Part shown: positions 1 through 11,581 of the stretch, one piece after another
Numbering within the stretch: position 1 is the first letter of the stretch
How the letters are laid out: every line of letters starts with the position of its first letter
Source: Cupriavidus necator
GTDB lineage: Bacteria > Pseudomonadota > Gammaproteobacteria > Burkholderiales > Burkholderiaceae
Direction of reading: 5' to 3'
Length of the DNA stretch: 32,000 nucleotides
Assembly (NCBI RefSeq): GCF_016127575.1
Contig: NZ_CP066019.1
Location: forward strand, 870,001 to 902,000
Notes under the pieces: model-generated
Seen by the model: only the letters and a program-made list of their open reading frames with translations
Database searches by the model: none
What the model was told of the DNA's origin: nothing
Made by a program: the position numbers and the translations under genes

Positions 1-1
1 T

Positions 2-1906
<1,905 letters not shown>

Positions 1907-2019
1907 AGATGCGGCGCGACTATGCCCGATTCAGACAAGGTCGGCAATTGTGCAGTGCCGCCGAGCGCTGGCCCAAGGTGACCGCAGCCCCTTGAGCTTT
2001 CCAGACTTGACGCGCGGGA

Positions 2020-2135
2020 TCATTCCGCAATGGTCTCGATCGTCAGGGTGACCTCGCCGCCCATCGCGGCCAGCATGGCCGGACCGCCGCCCTTGTAGGC
2101 GACATGGGTCATGTTGAGCTTGGCCTGGGACTTGC
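2020..2135 (-). pseudogene. Short remnant of a Bug/TctC-family periplasmic binding protein gene
   Basis: The minus-strand frame ending at 2020 reads ...KSQAKLNMTHVAYKGGGPAMLAAMGGEVTLTIETIAE*. This matches the conserved internal (V/H)-P-Y-K-G-G-G-P-A...L-L-G-G-(Q/E)-V block of Bug proteins (compare HVPYKGVAQILTDMQGGVV in the intact copy at 12474-13499). No N-terminal or C-terminal remainder is present. The fragment overlaps the 3' end of the transporter gene in another frame. Confidence 0.35.
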
Positions 2136-3788
2136 GTGCGGCGTGCCGTGGTTGCCGGCAGCCAGGAACGAAGGGTCTTCGCGCAGGGCGCCAGGCATGC
2201 CTGCCGGCGCGGCGCACAGCAGCGCGTTCATCTGGGACAGCTCGCGCAGGGTGTCCAGGTGCAATGCGCTGGTTTCCACGCTCGCGGTGCGGCGCTGCGC
2301 GACGCGGGCAATGTGGCGGGCGGTGAAGCGCTCGGCGCGCGCCTGGAAGTCGCCGGCGCATTCGAGAAGCAATGCCGAAGCTGCGCGGTCGTTGGCAACA
2401 AAGAGCGACATCCTGGTACGCAGGTTGGCCACCAGCATGTCGCATAGTTCCAGCAGTTCGGCGCTGCCCTCGGCCGAGAAGCAGTAGTTGCGGGTGAGCT
2501 TGCGCTGGTCCAGGTCGACCAGGATCCGTTCGACGATATCGCCCGCGTACTCCAGGTTGATATTGACCAGCATGATCGCATCCCAGCGTTCCGCATCCTC
2601 ACCGTCGAGGCTGCCGGCGTCGACGTCGGTCAGGTACATCTTGACGGACGAATAGAGGTCGTCGATGCGGTCGTCCAGCGCGCGGCAGCGGGCGTTAGCG
2701 GCGCGGTCGTTGCCCACGATCGAGAGCTTCATGCCATCGAGCATTTCCTCGATCACGTCGCCGATGCGCACGACCTCGCGCGTGGCATTGCCCAGCGCGA
2801 CGGACGGGTGCCGCAGGTCGCCCTGGCTCAGGTAGCGCGCGCCGCCGGGCGCTGCGTCGTCGTGCGCATCAGGCAGCCATCGGGTGCAGAGGGCCGCCAC
2901 CGGGTTGACAAACCAGATCAGCGTTGCGGCCAGGGTCAGGTTGAAGGCCATGTGGAAGTCGATGGCCATGGTGCCGGCACTGCTGCCCAGGCGCGCCAGC
3001 AGCCAGGGGATGGCGTCCAGCAGCGGCAGGAATGCCAGTATCCCCGCGAACCGGAAGATCAGGTTCGCGAGCGATACCCGTCGCGCGGCAGGCGAACTGC
3101 CGGAATTGGCCAGGCAGGCAATCAGGCCACTGCCCAGATTGGCGCCAAGCACCAGCGGCAAGGCGGTGGCAGGTCCGATGACGCCGCCCATGGCCAGCGT
3201 TGCGGTGAGCAATACTGCGGCCAGGCTGGAGTAGGCCAGCAAGGTCACGAAGGCGCCGATCACCAGGGCCAGCAGTGCGTCGTTACCAAGCGAGGTGAAG
3301 ATGGCGCGCACGATCTCGGCGTGCAGCAGCGGCGCGGCGTAGAGGCGGATCAGCTGCAAGGCCAGCGTGATCAACCCCAGTCCCACGATGACTTCGCCGG
3401 CCTGTCCGCGCAGGCTGGCCTTGCCGGACAGGCGCAGTGCGATGCCGATCACCAGCAGCAGTGGCGAGAGCCAGGAGATATCGACCGTCAGCAGGCGCGC
3501 CATCAGGCTGGTGCCGACGTCGGCACCGAGCACGATCGGCAGTGCCGCCGGCAACGACACCAGGCCCCCTGCAACGAAGGCGCTGGTCATCAGCGCCGTG
3601 GCGCTGCTGCTCTGGATCAGTGCGGTCACGCCAAGCCCGGCCAGGAAGCCACGCGCGGGACTGGCCGTGCCCGCGGCCAGCACCAGCCGCAAGCGCGGCC
3701 CCAACAGCTCCAGCATGCCGTGGCGCGTCACATGCGCGCCCCAGATCAGTAGTGCGACCCCGGACATCAGGGAAAGCAGGATTTGCAT
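2109..3788 (-). CDS. Na/Pi-cotransporter family permease with a PhoU-like C-terminal domain (YjbB/NptA-like)
   Basis: 559 aa. The N-terminal 340 aa are polytopic and hydrophobic, with the duplicated Na/Pi-cotransporter motifs GLGVTALIQSSSATALM and VLGANLGSGL. The C-terminal soluble part resembles PhoU repeats (REVVRIGDVIEEML..., DDRIDDLYSSVKMYL). It is co-directional with and 88 nt downstream of phnA. Confidence 0.85.
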   Translation of the reverse strand: MQILLSLMSGVALLIWGAHVTRHGMLELLGPRLRLVLAAGTASPARGFLAGLGVTALIQSSSATALMTSAFVAGGLVSLPAALPIVLGADVGTSLMARLLTVDISWLSPLLLVIGIALRLSGKASLRGQAGEVIVGLGLITLALQLIRLYAAPLLHAEIVRAIFTSLGNDALLALVIGAFVTLLAYSSLAAVLLTATLAMGGVIGPATALPLVLGANLGSGLIACLANSGSSPAARRVSLANLIFRFAGILAFLPLLDAIPWLLARLGSSAGTMAIDFHMAFNLTLAATLIWFVNPVAALCTRWLPDAHDDAAPGGARYLSQGDLRHPSVALGNATREVVRIGDVIEEMLDGMKLSIVGNDRAANARCRALDDRIDDLYSSVKMYLTDVDAGSLDGEDAERWDAIMLVNINLEYAGDIVERILVDLDQRKLTRNYCFSAEGSAELLELCDMLVANLRTRMSLFVANDRAASALLLECAGDFQARAERFTARHIARVAQRRTASVETSALHLDTLRELSQMNALLCAAPAGMPGALREDPSFLAAGNHGTPHASPRPSST

Positions 3789-3876
3789 GGCGCCGCCCCC
3801 TGGTGGTGGCTGTCTTCGCGGCCACCTTTATCTGCTTGTTGAGGAAGCGTGCCGGCCAGGCCGGCACGCACCGGAC

Positions 3877-5145
<1,269 letters not shown>

Positions 5146-5157
5146 CTAAGTTAGGCG

Positions 5158-5181
5158 ATAAACTCTCACAATCGAGTTTAT
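5158..5181. promoter_or_regulatory. Candidate LysR operator in the phnA/phnR divergent intergenic region
   Basis: Perfect 8-bp inverted repeat ATAAACTC-N8-GAGTTTAT, which is compatible with the T-N11-A LysR box. It lies in the 112-nt AT-richer spacer between the two start codons. A 9-bp direct repeat TCTCACAAT occurs at 5164-5172 and 5203-5211. Confidence 0.4.
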
Positions 5182-5209
5182 TTTCCAGATTCTGTCAGGA
5201 AATCTCACA

Positions 5210-6106
5210 ATGCCGCACAAGCTGCCTCCGCTCAACGCCCTGCGCATCTTCGAGGTTGCCGCCCGCGCCGGCAGCTATTCGGCGGCCGCGCGCGAGCTGC
5301 ACCTGACCCATGGCGCGGTCAGCCGGCAGATCGAGATCCTGGAGCAATGGCTGGGGCAGCCGCTGTTTATCCGCCAGGGCCAGCGCATGGTGCCGACTGT
5401 CCACGCGCAGGCGTTCGCGCGCGAGATCAGCACGGCGTTCGACCAGATCAGCGCCGCTTCCGAGCGCTATGGCCGCATCGCCACGCGCAAGGTGGTGCGC
5501 GTCAATGCCCCGGCAACCTTTGCCATGCGCTGGCTGATTCCGCGGCTGGATGACTTCCGGCACCGGCAGCCCGAGGTCGACGTGCGTGTGTCGACCGCCT
5601 TCAGCAACGAGGCAGGATTCAATGGCACCTTTGACGTGGCGATACGGCGCACCCTCGAACGTGGCGAACAGTTCGAGTCAGTGCCGATCTTTTCGGAGTA
5701 CCAGACGGTGATCGCCAGTCCGGCGATGCTGGAGCAGGTGCCGTTGCAAGGTGTAGAGGACCTGGTGGAGGGCGTCTTCCTCTATACGGAGACCCGGCCG
5801 GGAAGCTGGGAATCGTGGCTGCAGCAGGCGGGACATGCCTCGCTGCTGCCGGTGCGAACGCTGCGCTTCGACCATTTCTTTGTCACGCTGCAGGCGGTGG
5901 TGGACAGCCTTGGCTTTGCCATCGGCACCTTTCCGACCCTGGAAACGGACCGCGCGGACGGGCGCATTGCGACGCCGTTTGCCGCCATCCGCGCACCGGG
6001 CAATACCTATCATGCGCTGGTGCCGCGCGATGCCGACAAGCCGCTGCATCTGCGCGCGTTCCTGGAGTGGCTGCAGCAGCAGGGGCAGACGGCCGCAGCG
6101 ACCTGA
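5210..6106 (+). CDS. LysR-family transcriptional regulator (PhnR-like, GcvA subgroup)
   Basis: 298 aa. It has an N-terminal wHTH (LPPLNALRIFEVAARAGSYSAAARELHLTHGAVSRQIEILEQWLGQPLF) followed by a LysR substrate-binding domain. It is divergent from phnA. Confidence 0.85.
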   Translation: MPHKLPPLNALRIFEVAARAGSYSAAARELHLTHGAVSRQIEILEQWLGQPLFIRQGQRMVPTVHAQAFAREISTAFDQISAASERYGRIATRKVVRVNAPATFAMRWLIPRLDDFRHRQPEVDVRVSTAFSNEAGFNGTFDVAIRRTLERGEQFESVPIFSEYQTVIASPAMLEQVPLQGVEDLVEGVFLYTETRPGSWESWLQQAGHASLLPVRTLRFDHFFVTLQAVVDSLGFAIGTFPTLETDRADGRIATPFAAIRAPGNTYHALVPRDADKPLHLRAFLEWLQQQGQTAAAT

Positions 6107-6181
6107 AGCGGCGCGAGCCGGGGAAGCGGGGCGAGTGTGGCGCGCGGCCCGCGCGATGCGGGCCTGCGCTGAGACGGGAGC

Positions 6182-6577
6182 TCAGGCCCCGTCGAGGAAC
6201 GCGCTGCGCTGGCCCAGGCGCGAGCCGAGCGCATCGGGGGCCAGGCTCATGCTGGCGGGGTCCACGGCCGAGGCGGGGCTGCCTGCCATGGTCGGGTCGG
6301 CGGCTGCCGGCGCCATGCCCGGCTGGGCCGCCTGTACGGGAGCCTGGGCATAGCTGCCGCCCGCTGCGGGTGCCACCTGGGCCGACGGCGCTGCCGACGG
6401 CATGGCTTGCACGGGCTGGGCGGACTGCACCGGCTGACTGGATTGCATCGGCTGCATCGGCTGCGTCATTGGCATCGGCTGGCTCGGCTGCAGGGGCTGA
6501 GCCTGCTGCGCAAACAGCGGGTAGGACGCGATCATCGCGCCAGCCACGACCAGGGATTTCGCCAGATGTTGCTTCAT
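6182..6577 (-). CDS. Small secreted low-complexity Gln/Pro/Ala/Met-rich protein
   Basis: The start was trimmed to the ATG at 6575-6577, which is preceded by GGAGG (complement of 6584-6588). It has a signal-peptide-like N-terminus (MKQHLAKSLVVAGAMIASYPLFAQQ) followed by reiterated QP(M/V)Q units (QPLQPSQPMPMTQPMQPMQSSQPVQSAQPVQ). I recognise no family. Confidence 0.55.
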   Translation of the reverse strand: MKQHLAKSLVVAGAMIASYPLFAQQAQPLQPSQPMPMTQPMQPMQSSQPVQSAQPVQAMPSAAPSAQVAPAAGGSYAQAPVQAAQPGMAPAAADPTMAGSPASAVDPASMSLAPDALGSRLGQRSAFLDGA

Positions 6578-6734
6578 TCGTGTACCTCCTAGAACGCCTA
6601 CAGGCAAGGGAACAGTCACTGTAGCGCCGCAGCACCTGACATTCTGTTTGATTTTGCAACGGTCGTTAACCAGCCTTGCCATTGCGGCCAGGGCAGGTTA
6701 ATTGCGCGCGCGGCCTGCAAATCTTGCGCGGCCG

Positions 6735-7511
6735 TCAACGCCGGGCCAATCGCTTGAGCGCCGCGGGGTCCAGCAGTTCGATCTGGCGGTACTCGCGGCG
6801 GATCAGGCCCGCGTCTTCCCACGCCTGCAGGTACTTGGCCACGGTCTGGCGCGAGCGGTTGACCATGTCGCCAAGGTCCTCAGCGCTGATGCGCACGACA
6901 TGGTCGGTGCGGTCGGCCAGTTCCAGCAGGCGCGCCGCCATGCGCGCGTCGATGGGCGCCTGCGCCGCGCTTTGCGCGTGGTCGAACGCTACGCGCAGGC
7001 GCGCGCAGATCTGCTGCACGATCAGCTGCATGCCTTCCGGATGCGCGGCCAGGATGCGGTGGAAGTCGCGCTGGCTCAGCACCATCAGTTCCGTATTGCC
7101 TACGGCGAAGGCGTCGTGCGTGCGCGGCTTGCCGTCCAGCAGCGAGATCTCGCCGAACCAGCGGCCACGCCCGATCACCGAGTACACCGACTCGCGCCCG
7201 CCCGTGCTGACCCGGCTCATGCGCACCCGGCCCGACAGCACCATGCAGAAGTAGGTGGGCGGATCGCCGCGCGCGAAGATCATCTCGCCGTCGCCAAAGC
7301 GCAGGCGGCGTGCGGCGTTCGCCACGGCATCGAGCACGCCCGGCGGCGCATTGCGCAGCCAGCCGCTGGCCAGCACGCTGCGCGGCAGCGTGCGCGCCGG
7401 CTCCACCGCTCTCGATCCACTCTTCACATCAGCCTTCACATTGCTCCCCTGCTGGAGCCGAGATTGTCCAATACTTAACAGACTTTGGCGCGGTGCGCCC
7501 GGACAATGCAT
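6735..7511 (-). CDS. Crp/Fnr-family transcriptional regulator
   Basis: It has a cNMP-binding-like beta-roll (FARGDPPTYFCMVLSGRVRMSRVS...GRWFGEISLLDG) and a C-terminal HTH (ISAEDLGDMVNRSRQTVAKYLQAWEDAGLI). The start is uncertain. The ATG at 7511 leaves only 37 nt to the divergent aldolase start, so an internal GTG start about 24 codons downstream is possible. Confidence 0.8.
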   Translation of the reverse strand: MHCPGAPRQSLLSIGQSRLQQGSNVKADVKSGSRAVEPARTLPRSVLASGWLRNAPPGVLDAVANAARRLRFGDGEMIFARGDPPTYFCMVLSGRVRMSRVSTGGRESVYSVIGRGRWFGEISLLDGKPRTHDAFAVGNTELMVLSQRDFHRILAAHPEGMQLIVQQICARLRVAFDHAQSAAQAPIDARMAARLLELADRTDHVVRISAEDLGDMVNRSRQTVAKYLQAWEDAGLIRREYRQIELLDPAALKRLARR

Positions 7512-7548
7512 CGATTCAATGACTCACATGCCCCCGGGAGGTACGCAT

Positions 7549-8319
7549 ATGGCGCAAATCCAGCTCGTCGATTCAATCAGGGACCGCGTCTCCGACGCCG
7601 AATGGCAGATGCGCGTGGACCTGGCGGCCGCGTACCGCCTGGTCGCCCACTTCGGCTGGGACGACCTGATCTTCACCCATATCTCGGCACGCGTGCCCGA
7701 TGCACCGGACCAGTTCCTGATCAACCCGTACGGGATGATGTTCGACGAGATCACGGCATCGAGCCTGGTCAAGGTCGACCACGAAGGGCAGCCCGTGCTG
7801 GAAACGCCGTATGACGTCAACCCGGCCGGCTTCATCATCCACAGCGCCGTGCACGAGGCGCGCCCCGAAGTCGGCTGCGTGATGCACACGCATACCTCGC
7901 ACGGCGTCGCCGTCTCGGCGCAGCAGGCGGGCCTGCTGCCGATTTCGCAGCAGTCGATGTTCGCGCTGACCGGGCTGGCGTACCACGACTATGAAGGCGT
8001 GGCGCTGCGCGAGGACGAAAAGGCGCGGCTGGTGGCAGACCTGGGCCGCTGCAAGCAGATGATCCTGCGCAACCATGGCCTGCTGACGTGCGGGCGCACG
8101 GTATCCGATGCTTTCCTGACCATGTACACGCTCGAGTCCGCCTGCCGCATCCAGATCCTGGCGCAAAGCGGCGGCACGCCGCTGACCATGGTGCCCGAAG
8201 CCGCCAGCGCCAACATGGGCCAGCAGGCGCGCCAGGCCACCAAGGGCAAGGGCTCCAACCTGGCCTGGCCGGGCCTGCTGCGCCGCCTCGACCGCATCAA
8301 CCCTGACTACCGCAACTGA
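7549..8319 (+). CDS. Class II aldolase/adducin-domain protein
   Basis: The start was trimmed to the ATG at 7549, preceded by GGGAGG (7536-7541). The sequence includes VDLAAAYRLVAHFGWDDLIFTHISARVP, INPYGMMFDEITASSLVKVD, and the His cluster HSAVHEARPEVGCVMHTHT typical of the class II aldolase/adducin N-terminal domain. Confidence 0.85.
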   Translation: MAQIQLVDSIRDRVSDAEWQMRVDLAAAYRLVAHFGWDDLIFTHISARVPDAPDQFLINPYGMMFDEITASSLVKVDHEGQPVLETPYDVNPAGFIIHSAVHEARPEVGCVMHTHTSHGVAVSAQQAGLLPISQQSMFALTGLAYHDYEGVALREDEKARLVADLGRCKQMILRNHGLLTCGRTVSDAFLTMYTLESACRIQILAQSGGTPLTMVPEAASANMGQQARQATKGKGSNLAWPGLLRRLDRINPDYRN

Positions 8320-8321
8320 CC

Positions 8322-9251
8322 ATGGCCATCCTCGTTCACCTGCCGTCGTTCATGGCGGTTCCCATCACTGCCGCGCTGCGCGAAGCCGCGCCGGACATCA
8401 CCGTGTGGAACGGCCGCGAGGCCGCCGTCGCGGAACAGGTCGAAGCCATCATCGCCTGGGGCCTGAAGCCCGGCGTGCTGCCGGCCTACCCGAAGCTGCG
8501 GCTGGTCTGCGCTGCCACCGCGGGCGTCGACAAGCTGCTGGCGGCGCCGGACCTGCCGCCTGGCATGCCGGTCACGCGCATCGTCGATCCCGGCCAGCAG
8601 GCCGGCATCGCCCACTACGTGCTGGCGATGGCGCTGCGCCATACCCGCGCGCTCGGCCGGTACGCCGAACAGCAGCGCCGCGGCGAATGGAAGCGCCACC
8701 CGGGGCGCGATGTGTCGCGCTGCCGCGTGGGTGTGCTGGGGCTGGGCGAGATCGGCAGCGAGGTGGCGCGCATGTTTGCCGCCATCGGCTACCCGGTCAG
8801 CGGCTGGAGCCGCAGCGCCAAGCATCTGCCCGGCGTGACCGACTTCACCGGCGACGACGGGCTGGATGCCATGCTCGCGCACAGCGACATCCTGGTCTGC
8901 ACGCTGCCGCTGACGCCGCGCACCGAGGGCATGCTGAACCGCCAGACGCTGTCGCGGCTGCCCAAGGGGGCGTTCCTGATCAACGTCGGGCGTGGCGAGC
9001 ATGTGGTCGAGCCAGACCTGGTCGCACTGATCGACGAAGGCCACCTTGCCGGCGCGGCGCTTGATGTGTTCGCCAAGGAGCCGCCCTCGGCGGACGATCC
9101 GGTCTGGAACCATCCCCGCATCGAGGCCACGCCGCATATCGCGGCCGACCCCTCGTACGAACTGGTGGCGCGGCAATGCATCGAGAACCTGCGGCGCGCG
9201 CGCGACGGGCGTGAACTGTTGAACCAGGTGGACCGGCAAGCGGGCTACTGA
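8322..9251 (+). CDS. D-isomer-specific 2-hydroxyacid dehydrogenase (glyoxylate/hydroxypyruvate reductase A-like)
   Basis: 309 aa. It has the NAD-binding motif VGVLGLGEIGSEVAR and the catalytic-region motifs LINVGRGEHVVEPDL and HPRIEATPHIAA. It starts 2 nt after the aldolase stop, so the two probably form an operon. Confidence 0.85.
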   Translation: MAILVHLPSFMAVPITAALREAAPDITVWNGREAAVAEQVEAIIAWGLKPGVLPAYPKLRLVCAATAGVDKLLAAPDLPPGMPVTRIVDPGQQAGIAHYVLAMALRHTRALGRYAEQQRRGEWKRHPGRDVSRCRVGVLGLGEIGSEVARMFAAIGYPVSGWSRSAKHLPGVTDFTGDDGLDAMLAHSDILVCTLPLTPRTEGMLNRQTLSRLPKGAFLINVGRGEHVVEPDLVALIDEGHLAGAALDVFAKEPPSADDPVWNHPRIEATPHIAADPSYELVARQCIENLRRARDGRELLNQVDRQAGY

Positions 9252-9280
9252 GCGCCCGGCGTGCCGGTCCGTCCGGGTGG

Positions 9281-11290
9281 CTATGTCACGCTTACATCCG
9301 CGGTTCCCGCCGCCACCTCCAGCAGCCGCGTGCTCGCCGTGGCAGGTAGCGCCGGCGCCGTGCCGCCCTCGAGCGGCTTGAGCGTATGGAAGGTGCAGCT
9401 CAGCTTCTCGGGCGTCAGGGTGACCAGCGTGTAGCCCTCGGCGTTGGAGTCGGCATGGCGCAGCCACGCGTTGAAGGTGCGCAAGGTGGTGTCGAAGGTG
9501 TTCACCACCGTGCTGCCCACGTCGCTGTAGACCAGTTCACGCAGTGCGGCGAAGGCCTGGTCGTTGTCGACGATCGAGCGGAATGAACTGAGCAGGGAGT
9601 TGCTCGACAGGCCGGCCGTGACCAGGTCCACCATCACCGGCGCTGGCGTCGCCGCATCGTAGTCGTCCATCACCTGGCCGGCAAAGAATGCGTGGATATC
9701 GCCGCTCAGCGCCACCACATTGCGCACGCCGTTGTTCTTCAGGAACGCCATCAGGTTCTTGCGCTCGGCGTTGTAGCCATCCCACTGGTCGGCATTGAGG
9801 ATAAAGCGGTCGAGCAGCGCGATGGCCGGCAACCGGCTTTCGATCAGCGGCTTGATGTTGGCATCGAACGTGGCGCTGTCGATGCCGACCTGCGCCAGTA
9901 CATTGCGCAGCGCCGTGTAGGCCAGGTTGGCATAGGTGCCGGCGGTCTTGGCCGCGCGCAGGTCGTCGGCCAGCGCATTGGCAATGGCGCTCTCCAGCGA
10001 GGACAGGGAATTGTTGGCCAGCACCAGCGCCCTGGCGATCAGCCGTGCCACCGCCTGGATCACATCCACCTGCATGCGCAACAGCGACAACTGGTTGGCC
10101 CACAGCTTCCACGCGGTGGCGTCGGCGCCGACGCGGTCCTGCCACCACGCGCGCTGCGCATCGCCCAGCATCGACACCGGTGTCAGCGTGCCGCCGGCGG
10201 CGGCAATCTTCTGCGCTTCGGCCGCAGCCAGTGTCTCGGCCGGGACGAAGTACAGGGCGCCGACTGCGCGGCCGGTGGCTTGCTCGGAGATGATGTGGTC
10301 GGCGCGGTACAGGCGCTCGTCGGTCATCAGCAGGGTGGCGAGATTGCCGAAGGTGAACGAGCGATAGATCTGGATGTTCTGGAACGACGGGTTGTTGACG
10401 TCCAGGCTGACATCGGCCGGCATGAACTCGAACCACGCCTGGTTGGCAGCGCGCCGGCGCGCGGTGCGCGGCGTCAGGTCGTCGTCGGAGTCGTAGGTCT
10501 GCCGGTCCTGCCAGCAATTGTCCGAGAATTCATGGTCGTCCCAGATCGCAATCATCGGGAACGCGGCATGCAGGGCCTGCAGGCGCGCGTCGGTGCGATA
10601 GCTGCGGTACAGGTAGCGATAGTCGTCCAGCGTGGTGGCGTAGACGCTGCCGTCCGGCAGCGCGGTGCCATTGGGCAGTTGCAGCACGCCGTGGCGATCC
10701 TCCACATTGCCGGCGCGCGAGCCGCCCGGGACGGCCTCGTAGATGTAGTCGCCGACATGGACGATGAAGTCCAGGTCCTGCTGCGCCAGTTCTTCCATGC
10801 CGGCCCAGTGGTTGGCATTCCAGTCCTGGCAGCTGACAAAGGCGAAACGCAGCTGTGACAAGGGCGTGCCGGCCGCTGCCGCGGTGCGGGTGCGGCCGAC
10901 GGTGCTGGGGCGGTTGCCCAGCAGGAAGCGGTAGTAGTAGCGGGTGCCGGGGCTCAGGCCCGTGACCTTGTTGCGGATGGTGTAGTCCCAGTCCGGCAGG
11001 GCCATCAGCGGTTGATTGACCAGCAGGCTCGGCGGCGGGAAGTCAGGCTGCGCCGACACCTGCAGCCGCACCACCACCGGCCGCTTGCCATTGCTGCCTT
11101 CCAGCCGCGTCCATACCACCACGCTGTCGGGCTTGGGGTCGCCCGAGGCGACGCCATGGACGAAATTGAAATTTTCCGGATTGCCGGTGTCGGGTTCCGG
11201 GTCGTCGCCGCCGCCGCAGGCGCTCAGCCCGCCGGTGGCAACGGTGACGGTCAGGAAACTTCCCCACTTGAGAAACTGTCGGCGGTCCAT
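9281..11290 (-). CDS. PhoD-like alkaline phosphatase/phosphodiesterase, Tat-exported lipoprotein
   Basis: The start was trimmed to the ATG at 11288-11290 with AGGAGG upstream. It has a twin-arginine motif MDRRQFLKWG and a lipobox LSAC. The PhoD N-terminal domain (FVHGVASGDPKPDSVVVWTRL) and metallophosphatase motifs (FVSCQDW, VHVGDYIYE, WDDHEF) are present. Confidence 0.85.
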   Translation of the reverse strand: MDRRQFLKWGSFLTVTVATGGLSACGGGDDPEPDTGNPENFNFVHGVASGDPKPDSVVVWTRLEGSNGKRPVVVRLQVSAQPDFPPPSLLVNQPLMALPDWDYTIRNKVTGLSPGTRYYYRFLLGNRPSTVGRTRTAAAAGTPLSQLRFAFVSCQDWNANHWAGMEELAQQDLDFIVHVGDYIYEAVPGGSRAGNVEDRHGVLQLPNGTALPDGSVYATTLDDYRYLYRSYRTDARLQALHAAFPMIAIWDDHEFSDNCWQDRQTYDSDDDLTPRTARRRAANQAWFEFMPADVSLDVNNPSFQNIQIYRSFTFGNLATLLMTDERLYRADHIISEQATGRAVGALYFVPAETLAAAEAQKIAAAGGTLTPVSMLGDAQRAWWQDRVGADATAWKLWANQLSLLRMQVDVIQAVARLIARALVLANNSLSSLESAIANALADDLRAAKTAGTYANLAYTALRNVLAQVGIDSATFDANIKPLIESRLPAIALLDRFILNADQWDGYNAERKNLMAFLKNNGVRNVVALSGDIHAFFAGQVMDDYDAATPAPVMVDLVTAGLSSNSLLSSFRSIVDNDQAFAALRELVYSDVGSTVVNTFDTTLRTFNAWLRHADSNAEGYTLVTLTPEKLSCTFHTLKPLEGGTAPALPATASTRLLEVAAGTADVSVT

Positions 11291-11581
11291 GGCGCTCCTC
11301 CTGTGCTTGCGGTCTCGGTCCACGCAGCGCGCAGCCGCGGCCACGATGCCGCTTGCGGCACCAGGATTCGTGGGGGCGTGCTGGTTGCTGAATGCATACT
11401 AGTGGCTGGCCTGCACGCTCGCCGTCGGTGAGGTTCCGACATCGATATAGGAGGAAGTCGACTGGTTCGTGCCGGCGCTGGCGCACCGCGCACCACCGTT
11501 GCTGGCGCGATCGGCAAGTCGGCATGCATTGCCTGCGACGCGGCCTAGACTGGAAGCAAAAGATTCGGACGCGAGGGCATC

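Noticed and set aside
6400-6500. Short-period DNA repeats that might suggest a tandem-repeat locus or CRISPR-like array.
   Set aside because: The units are only about 9-12 nt, imperfect, and in frame inside a coding region, where they encode QP(M/V)Q repeats. There is no repeat-spacer architecture.
5815-6682. ORFs 5815-6624 (+), 5835-6353 (+) and 5883-6659 (-), and the 166-aa version of the small protein starting at 6682.
   Set aside because: The first three are shadow frames across the LysR 3' end and the Q/P-rich gene. The 166-aa version adds 35 residues with no RBS, whereas the internal ATG at 6577 has GGAGG upstream and a signal peptide follows it.
7255-7548. N-terminal extensions offered by the ORF track. 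This one is for the aldolase; the same applies to 19075-19308, 16046-16117, 14763-14963, 11291-11344, 15918-15953, 29895-29942 and 30658-30696.
   Set aside because: The extensions are Arg/Pro-rich, overlap neighbouring genes or intergenic promoters, and lack an RBS. Internal ATGs with SD sequences give proteins that start where their families normally start.
8307-10858. Long ORFs 8307-9467 (-), 9537-10517 (-) and 9692-10858 (+), antisense to or out of frame with the dehydrogenase and PhoD genes.
   Set aside because: The reasoning is the same: they are shadow frames without motifs, and the annotated frames carry NAD-binding and PhoD/metallophosphatase signatures.
11291-11581. A search for a Pho box (CTGTCAT-type direct repeats) upstream of the PhoD-like gene.
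   Set aside because: I found no convincing pair of 7-bp repeats at 11-bp spacing by eye. PhoB control can be neither claimed nor excluded.
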